In this document: piece by piece, positions 55,201 through 62,372 of the stretch | Numbering within the stretch: position 1 is the stretch's first letter | Layout: every line of letters starts with the position of its first letter | Origin: Candidatus Hydrogenedentota bacterium | GTDB taxonomy: Bacteria > Hydrogenedentota > Hydrogenedentia > Hydrogenedentales > JAJRTN01 | Assembly (NCBI GenBank): GCA_024278275.1 | Contig: JAJRTN010000045.1 | Coordinates: 14,560-78,559 of the forward strand | Direction: 5' to 3' | DNA: 64,000 nt | Notes under the pieces: generated by a model | Seen by the model: only the letters and a program-made list of their open reading frames with translations | Told to the model about the DNA's origin: nothing | Database searches by the model: none | Made by a program: the position numbers and the translations under genes

Positions 55201-57538
55201 CATCCCCCTGCAACCCGGAAATATCCCGGAAACCGCTGTCGGGACGAAGCGTCACGAAATAGTCGGCCTGGGGCTGGTTCCCACGCAAGCCGGGGGGAAA
55301 GAAATCCGGGAGCGATTCCAGGCCGCCCGTGCAGCCCTGGCCGGACTGCAGATGACCACCGCCCGAGAAACGAAGACGGATCTTCCACCACGGGTCGCCG
55401 CCACCCGGCGGGAAGGGAATGTATTCCCACTCGAAAAAGGTGCCATCCACGAAATCCGATCCCGTACCCTGATCCAATATGCCGCCCGGACGCATGGGGA
55501 AATCGTTGAAATCGACACCCACGCCCGTGGGACTGGGCGGGTTGAAAATGCCGTTACCGGGACAATTAGACGGATTGCCCGCGGCGTCCGGGCAGTTTGA
55601 ACCACCGTCATTGTCATAGAACATCCAGGCACCGTTAAAGGAGTAATCGTTTCCGACGGCATGTCCCTGTCCCCCGTCCGCGGCCGTGGTCATCTTCTCG
55701 AGGCCCTCGGTCGGCTCAAAGCCCCCGTTACCCGGCACCGCGAAAGGATCGCCGCCTACGTCGGTAACGATGAGGTTCACTTCCGTCGGCCCCGTGTAAC
55801 AATCGCCGTGGGCGTTAATGGCGATCACGGGCACCCACGTCTCGACGGAGAAAATGCGCCGAATGTCCAGGAACTCCCCGGTCAGCGCCTGCACCATGGT
55901 GTTCGAAATATCCCAGCGCGGGCGAAAATGCTCCCGCCGGGGAGTGTACATGCGGATCGGCCAATTCCACGTGTTGCGGTCAAAGCCCGGACGATAACTG
56001 AAATCGCCCGTGTTGTTCCCGGATACATCCCATAGGCCGAAATTGGAGGTATAGCCCACATCCTCGGAAAGGGGAAAATCAGGATAGTCGTCGATGGGAG
56101 CCAAGTCGTCCGGGTTGATGGGAAAGTTGCCGACGGTCACGGGATCGTTCGCTTCGGGCCCCTCCCCGCCCAAGTCCGCGGGCGGATCGGGGGCGAAGGG
56201 CAGCATGGTGGCGCCAAGCACGGTGTAGGAAATGCCGGTGCCCGAGGTCCAACTGGAGGAGGTCCGAAAGGCCAGTATGTACGAATTATTGGGGGCGGGC
56301 CCCGCGGTCATCCAGCTTCGCGTCCGGGTCGGCACCCCGGTGACCTCGTCAATGTGGGTCCGGTAAAACGGCAGTTGGGGATTGTTCAGGTCCAGCGGAA
56401 CCGCCGCGTTGAAGGTGGGGTCGTGGGGGTTGAAAACAAAGGACAGGTTGTAGTCCAAGTCCCCGTAACTGAACGCACCCGTCGCGTCGGGCGTATCGTA
56501 GGGGTAGCCATGACCGTTGAAAACGACGACCGGCACCCGTGAATCAAAAAAACTTGTCGGAAGGCGAATATCGAGCAGGTCATCCGGCTCACCCTGGGGA
56601 CCGCTGTTCCGGAAGATGGCGAACTCCAGGATATCGGATTCCTGGGGCCCCACCAAACTGGATGAATTGCCACGGACGACATGGTCGCCGTCGATCCTGA
56701 AGTGCAGGTTGGCCAAGGCCCGGGGAGCCGGGGGGTTGTCGGGGTTGTAGGTCATGTCAAAGCGAAAAAGGGGCGTCCAGTCATTGAAGGGCAGCAGGGC
56801 CGCACCGTCCCGCGCGCCAATAAGGTCGGTAACGGCGAAGGTCGCCGGCTCCGGGGCCTCGCCTTCCCCCTCTCCCTCGGCCGCTTCGGTGACCGTAAGC
56901 GTGCCTACGCTGACCGGGCCGTCGGGCGGGCACACGAGCTCCACGTCCGGGTTCTCGGCGTGAACAATCAGCACCTGCATGGCCACATCGTAGTCACCCA
57001 CGATATCCAGGGAGAGATCCAGGCCAACGAGATCCTGGGGAAGAATGGTCAGGGTCGCGTCGTCAAAGAGAACCGTCTCGTACACCGTGGCGTTACCGTT
57101 GGGATCGGTGATGGTCCACTCGATGCCGGCCACGTTGGCGGGAATGCCCGCGGGAATGTCCTGCACATCGCCATACAGGGTGACGTTAAAGACGGTAGGC
57201 CCCGTGGTGTCCGGGTCGGCGGCGAAACCCAGTTGATACATATCGCAGGTAATCACCTGGCTCAGCAGGGCGGACTGAACCATGAGCCCCGCCAGGGCGC
57301 TGCCGGGGGCGGCGGCCAGTTGCAGGGGCGCTTCCGCGGCCGGAGGCGCCTCGGGCAGCAGTTCCAACATGGCCTCCGTCACGGACGCCGTGCGTGTCTC
57401 TGGGGCGGGCGCCCCATCCTGTCCCCCCCGTTCCGCGGCAATGGTCCGCGCTTGTTGCCCGGGGAGAACCCCGATCATCCCGATCGTCACGATGGCCGCC
57501 AGGGCCACGCTCACGAAGGCACCGTGTTTCATGCTCAC
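46253..57538 (-). CDS. Giant (3,761 aa) secreted repetitive protein: signal peptide, two ~1,600-aa diverged tandem duplications, 2 PKD domains, 2 IPT/TIG-like domains, C-terminal sorting-signal-like tail
   Basis: N-terminal signal peptide. AEGEGEGE-initiated units share colinear motifs: PPGGGDPWWK(I/L)…, AMLGINLAG(T/V)DD…AFWGPDF, IDLDGD…DD…GDGV, FEQFR…VPA(R/T)LP, PTFLEQ(V/L)IVE(F/L)YD, GIVSWGPNTP(T/S)EPDPD. PKD signatures WDFGDGS…PTHVYG…GVYSVSV and WDFGDQS…PTHLYT…GFYTVTL. C-terminus …GIGCAAGSAESGAGGDLIALMAVLALLLGACRAKMRNKA. Confidence 0.8.
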   Translation of the reverse strand: MSMKHGAFVSVALAAIVTIGMIGVLPGQQARTIAAERGGQDGAPAPETRTASVTEAMLELLPEAPPAAEAPLQLAAAPGSALAGLMVQSALLSQVITCDMYQLGFAADPDTTGPTVFNVTLYGDVQDIPAGIPANVAGIEWTITDPNGNATVYETVLFDDATLTILPQDLVGLDLSLDIVGDYDVAMQVLIVHAENPDVELVCPPDGPVSVGTLTVTEAAEGEGEGEAPEPATFAVTDLIGARDGAALLPFNDWTPLFRFDMTYNPDNPPAPRALANLHFRIDGDHVVRGNSSSLVGPQESDILEFAIFRNSGPQGEPDDLLDIRLPTSFFDSRVPVVVFNGHGYPYDTPDATGAFSYGDLDYNLSFVFNPHDPTFNAAVPLDLNNPQLPFYRTHIDEVTGVPTRTRSWMTAGPAPNNSYILAFRTSSSWTSGTGISYTVLGATMLPFAPDPPADLGGEGPEANDPVTVGNFPINPDDLAPIDDYPDFPLSEDVGYTSNFGLWDVSGNNTGDFSYRPGFDRNTWNWPIRMYTPRREHFRPRWDISNTMVQALTGEFLDIRRIFSVETWVPVIAINAHGDCYTGPTEVNLIVTDVGGDPFAVPGNGGFEPTEGLEKMTTAADGGQGHAVGNDYSFNGAWMFYDNDGGSNCPDAAGNPSNCPGNGIFNPPSPTGVGVDFNDFPMRPGGILDQGTGSDFVDGTFFEWEYIPFPPGGGDPWWKIRLRFSGGGHLQSGQGCTGGLESLPDFFPPGLRGNQPQADYFVTLRPDSGFRDISGLQGDGTGLPVGADFRAFIEPRRWNPLHGGHNDGGILFSSDIPAPVGVIGQDNPARDETSITMDCSTPDNCVPVFMAPQPWWTERSLNRDNAKIQQGGIEIHDLVLTYSTNNVFAKETYINIAQNPPTPVPNTDLSVGRTLFSLWVDPPILDTLGPDVPPTLIKYGMLQSRFTPPASVGVERDVSENLTGDDALTAIQYAYETVPFDLTADAIDGQATYPRSSFYPEPAEQPTLPRFRDTRDYLAFDTSWPLNTIALAWGEESYCYLYDEGVTNEPYAIPTSPDSESTYSDDVYAFVLEDGAFSGVDTLAGKWLVDRAGNRYKITGNNGNTLFLMRGHNAYMDKFARFPDRPATLAVYPDGVLNLPDWPFGVPEGEDFAISRGRWAVTDVAKPRGTYPHATDWKAGLSPRIGGALPLHEPNFPVKPEDQGARAARLLKQHVEAESEPMAMLGINLAGTDDFIVNQNNSVSLDSITIAFWGPDFDRRDLAALDPNGTQVTSGVLLYEDSNASGVYNPPVFFDFSPVPALTDAIVPLEPGTLQWAQSPEAIDLDGDDVADDMSGDGVVFLHEVAGLTPSEIDALVQTAIANGEITGAEAARWDGLSDLAWVLRLQPRGTWNLPQSDRRTGAPISTPPGAAPPIAGASPAEKALASPFYSTAQPSLYDLASVPDSVTNTKALAAGGSEGDDLFVVVRTSGDIAAFEQFRCVVPARLPERSVPPNPVVSGHGGIQLAPFAYTVVNSYQKSNPDEGAVQDFYSHDMAQANVPTRILDLTGSLEVTPAGTPAVAPGGPPVAVLGLDLSNNRPDNLIARGSGVGTIAGVNTFEITDYETGITDPADPHGTPDGWVGLWLVGLNQVTGDTGKQAAYDLNAVDAVEAFQITGVAGNTLTLLAGAPRAGSEWYVVKDPTFLEQVIVEFYDVGRDGQFRLPVDFLELNYEDPVRGFRSGVSLYRDNDLHPLNTNGVFDPPVLDPDTGAVVEYIDLPVRLDDPPIRIGRAGEPQYQVKMVFSSPGTDNIVGRPEPVVPYETQPRLRQVIPQTFGRTISEDAYGPDFFVVVRPSLLMSQGDDFAAAIVSWGPNTPTEPDPDNFSVTLEPGDLRQQREDEFDIFSEFPWGARGIGLISFFQDPPPVYNWTYSYEAQRFVPAEEVDHSQDDRDPNIRYWVRTNPNKFARTAPITALETPTFDFEATPVRQALGEEVAFQILSNQPQNISTVTWDFGDGSTGDDRFEQSPTHVYGQTGVYSVSVTIVDRFGTEITLFKDDYIEIIETPFADFSAQPLVVTLANGVAAVSFSSAETDPGPNHAIESYFWDFGDQSTGDESSQANPTHLYTAPGFYTVTLEVTFRESGTGELVRNERVRQDYVQVILAGGAEGEGEGEIATDPANFTIESAVRDREALVPLCDWVPLLRFTMNYGVDAPAPRNLARLRYIIHGDDDSSRDLGYLNAGGPDQSDLLEFGLFREVFDGGDDANNGVLSDFDVLIARWANDGAPYGVATGNDGFISYDLNFLDDTGTPLVNITAAPDVDNTVDGASYVLAVRTSATWRSQLTMSADALFAQMVTLNGNFPLGDDGAPLDSYTPDFLTGEILENTDAYASSFSVFEMRGTPLIQDGLGMVNTWTAPHYMYTPVAEFTRPRWNAFDQLLDSFSGEFLRIRQLVPMEAWFPVLGLNIHSTKSLHFDQYDPDVGFRTIFADRPAAELREVNVIMTDIGADPLGPPGNGGFNPITGMNEITYDEYPTYEPVLEHDFSFNGVWVWSDTNNNGIFDPPTQVPGGGITFTDRPMFPGMGSSFFQDQGWEYIANPPGGGDPWWKLKMKFIFGERRPLAETEDETNVAGFLEPTPDNVFTDPISSWTFDYFLVIRTDSGYQDISMGPNTGGGITAGADFRVFIEPRRFNARFGHEDGGIYLSSMIPAQGSLAYPDFFGAPWQDYPQWGAVEPWWPQRTHNASAAKPLRSTVDVHDLTLTYESDSEYAFRADIFFGRGSRSSFGSVCYGFADGLDDPTDFDRWMDPFGLLRSQFLNLHSVGVTYWSVFGSLSIPLSAGDAGIGNGINFTYDESWQYAYETVPFLNSLDGDNRSSAYATPPFQPNMPAYATWPALLAPGEYPRASDWPLEETQARLLTQKIDVDSNQTAMLGINLAGVDDIIVNGRQEPSLAKITLAFWGPDFTPDDLAPLDPDGSDLDSGILLWEDADQNGVFFTPGPIADYADALPVFDAFDDVVPLRNLQWASSPEPIDLDGDGAPDDLNGDGVADSNDLAWVVEIEPGEVWPLPHNDNLTTGIAFNFILRWCVGANFFGGTKEAEALQKQLSTIEAEILQSGGPDEKALDPAVDQGGDDLFITVKTSDKARRFEQFRVLVPATLPSRRPEERQAGIQFFPEINTSPSAYTKTSPDEDPVQDFYGHDMMEVNVPHHILNLTNATQKLTIGGAAMAVMGVDASTNRPDATLATGDAGVGLPAGFTAVGAAWAEDEFAGDWLVDKEYHAFEIVSNTVDQLSLRFGTPAEGPWRIVRDPTFLEQLIVELYDQGANGNFNPVTDLLPLSIDPRISGLALYRDNDNDPRNRNGIFDADIDLPVELDVAPFFSGVSGESTQVKFVFSTPGTDDVPVPMAQQTNHRQWIPDSFGRRTTDPDHGAEFFLVIRASDTMEENDDFRVGIVSWGPNTPSEPDPDTWARLSGGDRDGYKQFEEFNWGSRGLGFISFFKEPPTRYFMDGNEARQRPDTSGINWVRSHSAKKQRSGVIEARKKPLSPVSVVIDGVSETALPAQTLPGEPFEFVIRGRGFGSDPEVLLSGYDVVITAATDNTIDVTISSRIDEPPVEPIILIVKNPATREETVRSDLFSLVGGSTQDGPKVIRVEPDRGTQAVFPVVVHGANFGGEGSLSVYFGDTEMQVLNVAGDGSWVNVGFPAGGISKTGPLDVTVRDESKGKEDVLVNGFEYLNSPDIPGIGCAAGSAESGAGGDLIALMAVLALLLGACRAKMRNKA

Positions 57539-57793
57539 TGTCAGACTCTCCTCGGGCGGAAAAGCGTAAAGAACCCCTAAGCCAACGGGCTTCAGGAGCG
57601 TTCATTCACCTCGACTATACGGCGTGCCTCGATGGCCCGGCCCCGTGCGGATCTGTCCGCCCCCGCAAGGAAACCGTTGACCGAGAGACCAATCCGCTTA
57701 TTGACCGGAAGCACCGAACCCCGCACGTCATGTTCGGTGCAGCTTGCCAAACGCGTCACGATCATACACTACCCCATTTCATTGGTACCGTTT

Positions 57794-57822
57794 TTTATAA
57801 CACAGGCCAAGTCAAGTGTCAA
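57794..57822 (-). promoter_or_regulatory. Sigma70-type promoter candidate for the giant gene: -35 TTGACA, 17-bp spacer, -10 TATAAA, inside an AT-rich island
   Basis: Minus strand reads …tcTaTTGACActtgacttggcctgtgtTATAAAaaacgg…. Located ~250 nt upstream of the start codon at 57538. The surrounding 57740-57940 is markedly AT-rich versus the window. Confidence 0.35.
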
Positions 57823-57986
57823 TAGAGAAAGCCGTTGCAATCCCCGTAAATTCATAAGGTTAAGTGGAAATCACCCACTACGCAGTATATAGTTTTCACC
57901 TTTTTTGTAAATTATCTACCTGCACCCCGCTTGGGCACCATCCGGTTCAACCATCCCGTTCGTCCCGCCTCCTGGAAATCCACCCT

Positions 57987-59834
57987 TCACGAGTCCACAA
58001 CCCCGAGCACTATCTCGCGCAACGAGTCTATCAGATCCTGGGGTAGCTGGAAAAGCCCGTCGCGACCCTTTGCGCGGGCATAGCGCCGGGCAAGGTCGTC
58101 TTCGGTGAGCGACCCCACTTCGACCGGACCCAGCACGGTCGATTCCGCGGGGTTGGCGGGGTTGCGAACCAGCACCTCGAAACGAAAGACCGGGTCATCC
58201 AAGCCGTACACCGCCGGATCATCCTTCCATTCGAGCAGGGCGCCACGGGCGCGAAGCGGACTCATGAGTTCGAGCAGTTTCGTGGCGTCGCTCTGGTTCG
58301 CCAGCACCTTGCCTTCCGGCTTCCGCACCAGCCACCGTCCGTGGACCTTCTCGAAAACGTACTGAACGCCATCAAGGGTAAAGTCCATGCGCTCCGCCAT
58401 TTCACGGGTAAAAGCCAGCAGGGTTTTAGAACGGAAATCGGCGGCTTTCGCGAAGGCGCGTTGGGCCATGTTTTTATGAACCAGCGTCACGCCGCCGCCA
58501 TCCTGTAGGGCGGCGTAGTAGTCGGGGTTGTCCGGCGCGGGCGCCATGAGAATAACCCTCGGCGTCTCTTCCCCCTCGGTAAAGACGTTGATGGTGATTT
58601 GCGGCGCGTCCAGGTTGTAGTCCCCGGGCTTGGCATCATCGAGAAAATGGGAAATGGTGATGGTCTTCAGGGAGGCGATGAAAGAAGATATGGCCAATTG
58701 GTCCACGTCCTCGATGGCCGGTTCCACGACCTGCCAGCCCCGGTCGGAATCCAGTTCCAGGATGAACGCATCATCGCCGTTCCGGTATTCGATGCGGTGA
58801 ATGGGATTCTCCTGGGCCGTGAGCACATGCTTTTCACGCCAACTGTCGGGCTTACCGGGAAGCAGGGTCAGGAGGTGGGCGGGTGTAACGAAAAGGTCGG
58901 GCCGGTCGTCGCGCATGGTATAGATGCCGCCCTTCTCACTCAACACATCGATGTTGCCGTAAAAGATGGTCTGCGGTTCGCCCCTGTCATCGTCGGTGAC
59001 GGTGATCATGAAGCGTACGGGCGCCAGGCCATAATCCGCCAGGTCCTCCGGTTCGTCGATAAAGTTTGAGCCCATGGTGTTCTGAAGCTCGACGGCCAGT
59101 TCATTGAGCACCTTCTGATTGGCCGGCATATCCCTGGGCTCCAGAATGCGCCAGGGCTTGCCCGCCGCCTCGCGCTCGACCACGACCCGCTGCCCGAGCG
59201 TGCCGATTTCGGGCGCCTTGCCCTGGAAAGCCTCGCTGCCTTCCCCCGTGTAGATGGGCGAAAACTCGATACGCAGAAGGCTCGCCTTGTGGTTGTCCAT
59301 GAGAAAGCGCATCCGCAAGTCGTCCAACGACCGGTTCAGTTCGAAATACTGCGTGCTGTCCACCAGGATCACCGGGCCGCCATCCACTTGGGCGTAACGG
59401 AAACGTTCGGTAGGTTCCGTATCACCGAAAATAACTTCCACCGGCGCATGCCCCGACAAATCGGCCGCCACGCGCAGCGCGGGTTCAGCCAAACCAAAAC
59501 GGGCCAGGCCTTCGGGCGCCTCGGCGATGGTCCGGTGGTTCTTTAATTGGCTGAGGTGGTGAGCGACGCGGTTCCACATGAGGTCGAGCGGCGGAATACC
59601 CGGGCGGGGCTCCTGGATGGTCCAGGTGCCGTCTTCCTTGCGCATGGCGGTCACAGCGGGCCGGCCCACCTGCTCGACCGTGAGACGCTGCACCGTGTCC
59701 GGGTCAAAATCGTAGACGCGCATGGCCTCCTGCCTGCGCACCTCTTCGCGCTTGCCGGCCTGGATAAACCAGGCATAGCCGGCGCAAAGAACCAGCAACA
59801 CGGCCATCAGCATCAGCGTCGTTCTCGGCTTCAT
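57987..59834 (-). CDS. DUF4340-like periplasmic protein (fourth gene of GldG-type ABC operon)
   Basis: Start at MKPRTTLMLMAVLLVLCAGYAWF (signal/TM). Positioned immediately after the GldG-like gene (stop/start 3 nt apart), which is the architecture typical of DUF4340 partners. Confidence 0.65.
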   Translation of the reverse strand: MKPRTTLMLMAVLLVLCAGYAWFIQAGKREEVRRQEAMRVYDFDPDTVQRLTVEQVGRPAVTAMRKEDGTWTIQEPRPGIPPLDLMWNRVAHHLSQLKNHRTIAEAPEGLARFGLAEPALRVAADLSGHAPVEVIFGDTEPTERFRYAQVDGGPVILVDSTQYFELNRSLDDLRMRFLMDNHKASLLRIEFSPIYTGEGSEAFQGKAPEIGTLGQRVVVEREAAGKPWRILEPRDMPANQKVLNELAVELQNTMGSNFIDEPEDLADYGLAPVRFMITVTDDDRGEPQTIFYGNIDVLSEKGGIYTMRDDRPDLFVTPAHLLTLLPGKPDSWREKHVLTAQENPIHRIEYRNGDDAFILELDSDRGWQVVEPAIEDVDQLAISSFIASLKTITISHFLDDAKPGDYNLDAPQITINVFTEGEETPRVILMAPAPDNPDYYAALQDGGGVTLVHKNMAQRAFAKAADFRSKTLLAFTREMAERMDFTLDGVQYVFEKVHGRWLVRKPEGKVLANQSDATKLLELMSPLRARGALLEWKDDPAVYGLDDPVFRFEVLVRNPANPAESTVLGPVEVGSLTEDDLARRYARAKGRDGLFQLPQDLIDSLREIVLGVVDS

Positions 59835-61537
59835 TGGCTCCGCCTCCGAAGCATGTAGGCGAGAACCCCCGCGAGTACGACCAGTTGCGTGGTCAGGAGG
59901 GTCGAAAACCAGACAATGCCGCGCTCTTCCATGGGGGTGAGGATCACCGGGGGATCTTCCGTACCCGTGGCACGAATGGCAATCAGGTCCTCCGTGCCGC
60001 TCAGCCAATTCATGGCGTTAAGGATGAAATTCAGATGTCCGGGTATACCACCGTCACCCGCGAGCATGCCGTTGGCCAGGAACTCGGAATTACCCACCAC
60101 CACGATGCGGGACCGCGCGGGCTTTCCCCCGTCGGGCCGGGCGTCGGCGGTGCTCGCCGTGACGGCCACCGCCAGGGGAAGCGGTCCCTCGGGATCGCCC
60201 GCATCCTTGCGGGTCTGGCCCTTCTCCATGAGCCGCCTTATGTCGGTCTCGGCCCAGTAATCGGGAGTGGTTCGGAGCAACGCGGACCCCAAGAGACCGC
60301 GGTCCGGAGCCTCGGTGAAGCGGACCGTTCGCGCCCATCGCAGCAGCATAACCTGGTCGAACCGCTCCGTAATGAGCTGATCCGCGCGAAAGCAGCCGCG
60401 CCACGTACCGGGGTCATCGTCCACATCCTGAAAAGGCGCCGTGTCGGCACGAAGCTGCACGTCGATGGGACTGGACTTCGCGCCGTAGTGATCCGTAATG
60501 GCCACGTTATCACCCAGATCGATGTTGTAGCGTTCCTTCAACCACGGTCGGAGCACCTCCGCCTGCTCGAAGCCCTGACGGGCCGAACGGCGCGGTCCCA
60601 TGAGCAGAAGCATGCGCCCGCCCCGGTCCAGGTAGCGCCCGATGGCCTTGGCCTCTTCCGGAGTCAGATCATCCTTGGGCTCATTGATAAGCAATACGTC
60701 CACGTCGGCCGGGATCACCGGCGCGGCCAGGGGGATGGCAATACGCTCGACTTCATACGATTCCGCCCGCAACAGGTTACCCAGGCCCGACGCCCCCCTG
60801 GCGGGATCCTGGTCGATAATGTCCCGCTCGCGGTGCCCGGTAAGATAACCCACCTTGGGGTTGGCGCTGCGCAACACACTGATGAGGGCGCGGGTGAAGT
60901 CCCGTTCCTCAAGACGCGGGCTGCCCCCGGAAAGGGTGATGACCCGCTTGTCTTTCCTGTTGCCCGCCACGCGGATGACCACCGTACCCTGGGTGGACAC
61001 GTGGGTCTTCAGGTCCAGGTCCATCAACTGGGGCACGTCCACCTGCGGGTCCAGGAACTTCACCTTGAGCAGATCCGTATGCTCCCGGCACTGTTCCAGG
61101 AAACGCCGCGTTTTGTCCCGGGCGATAAGCACCAGGTCGTCATCGACATTCAGGAAGAAGCAAAAAACTTCCACTTCCTCGGTCATGGTCTGGAGTACCT
61201 GCACCGTCTGGTCGGCCAAGTCACGGCGGCCCTCCGCCGTAAGATCCCAGGAGGCGTTCCATTGCTTGAAGAAAGCGAAAATCACCACGCAAATCATGAG
61301 GAAGAGAAAGGATGCGGCGAAAGCGTTCAGGCCGCCCACGGCACGACCCCGGCGCGCGGCCTGGTGCGCCGCGGCGTCAATGCCCAGCATGATCAGCCAC
61401 ACCACCGCCAGCAGCAGGGCCAGGGAGAGCGGGGCCAGGGTGGCCGCGTTGAAAAGCCCGCCCCGCCACACCAGCAGGTTCAGCGACAGGGCCAGGAAGA
61501 AAAGGGCGGACAGGCCGATAAGGGTGCGTGCTTTCAT
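59831..61537 (-). CDS. GldG-like ABC-transporter-associated membrane protein (ABC-type uncharacterised transport system)
   Basis: 568 aa with N- and C-terminal TM helices flanking a large periplasmic domain. Conserved context downstream of an ABC-2 permease. Confidence 0.75.
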   Translation of the reverse strand: MKARTLIGLSALFFLALSLNLLVWRGGLFNAATLAPLSLALLLAVVWLIMLGIDAAAHQAARRGRAVGGLNAFAASFLFLMICVVIFAFFKQWNASWDLTAEGRRDLADQTVQVLQTMTEEVEVFCFFLNVDDDLVLIARDKTRRFLEQCREHTDLLKVKFLDPQVDVPQLMDLDLKTHVSTQGTVVIRVAGNRKDKRVITLSGGSPRLEERDFTRALISVLRSANPKVGYLTGHRERDIIDQDPARGASGLGNLLRAESYEVERIAIPLAAPVIPADVDVLLINEPKDDLTPEEAKAIGRYLDRGGRMLLLMGPRRSARQGFEQAEVLRPWLKERYNIDLGDNVAITDHYGAKSSPIDVQLRADTAPFQDVDDDPGTWRGCFRADQLITERFDQVMLLRWARTVRFTEAPDRGLLGSALLRTTPDYWAETDIRRLMEKGQTRKDAGDPEGPLPLAVAVTASTADARPDGGKPARSRIVVVGNSEFLANGMLAGDGGIPGHLNFILNAMNWLSGTEDLIAIRATGTEDPPVILTPMEERGIVWFSTLLTTQLVVLAGVLAYMLRRRSQ

Positions 61538-61541
61538 CGCC

Positions 61542-62372
61542 CTATCCCCTCCACTTTCGGCTCTCGAGAGCGCGGAAGGTCAAAAACAGGAAAAACACAC
61601 TGACCAGAACATAATAGGCAATATCCACGGGCTCCACGATGCCCAGGGCCATGTTCTTGGCGTGGGCGTCCATGGGCAGTTCCAGCACCACCCCCCGGAA
61701 CAGGCCATAGACAAAACCGAAGACGGTCCGAACCCCTTCCGCCAGCCCCTCGGGCGCCGGGTTGCCCGAGGGCAGGTCTTCGCCGAGGGTGCCCAGGATA
61801 AAAAGCAGCAGACACACGCCGAAGGTAATGGTGCCCGCGGTAATCTGGTTCCGCGTCATGGCGGAGACAAAGAGCCCCAGGCTGATGAAGGCCGCGCCCA
61901 TGAGAAAGACTGTCAACAAACCGAACCACAACACCGCCGGCTCCACCTCCACGAAACGATGCAGCACCAGCAGGTCCACCCCGATAAGCAGCATGATGAC
62001 CAGCAACATGCCCAGGGCGGCAAGATACTTGCCGAAAATGATCTCCCGGTCCCGCAGGGGGTAGGTGAGCAACAACTCCATGGTTCCCCGGTTGCGTTCC
62101 TCGGCCAACAGGCGCATGGTAATGAGAGGCGTGAGGAACATGAACAAGGTGCCACAGAACACGAGGAAGGGGCTTAACAGGGTTTCCTCGAAATCGGGCA
62201 CACCGGTCATGGCGTACTCGGAGGGCGCCTGCGACATCTTGGCATAGTAGGTGAAGCTGATGGTAAAGGCCAGTCCCGTGACCAGGGCCAGCACACCTAC
62301 CACCACGTAGCCGATGGGCGTCTGAAAATAACTGGCAAACTCGCGGCGGCACACCGCCCAGGTGTTACGCAT
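61542..62372 (-). CDS. ABC-2 family transporter permease (GldF-like)
   Basis: Six predicted TM segments (…IGYVVVGVLALVTGLAF…, …LLSPFLVFCGTLFMFLTPLI…). Start MRNTWAV at 62372 overlaps the ATPase stop by 8 nt. Confidence 0.75.
   Translation of the reverse strand: MRNTWAVCRREFASYFQTPIGYVVVGVLALVTGLAFTISFTYYAKMSQAPSEYAMTGVPDFEETLLSPFLVFCGTLFMFLTPLITMRLLAEERNRGTMELLLTYPLRDREIIFGKYLAALGMLLVIMLLIGVDLLVLHRFVEVEPAVLWFGLLTVFLMGAAFISLGLFVSAMTRNQITAGTITFGVCLLLFILGTLGEDLPSGNPAPEGLAEGVRTVFGFVYGLFRGVVLELPMDAHAKNMALGIVEPVDIAYYVLVSVFFLFLTFRALESRKWRG

Noticed and set aside
50915-55600. 946-aa and 567-aa plus-strand ORFs inside the giant gene
   Set aside because: Antisense frame artefacts. The minus-strand ORF is continuous for 11.3 kb with PKD and other motifs.
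59834-61603. 589-aa plus-strand ORF opposite GldG-like gene
   Set aside because: Antisense. GldG-like topology and operon context support the minus strand.
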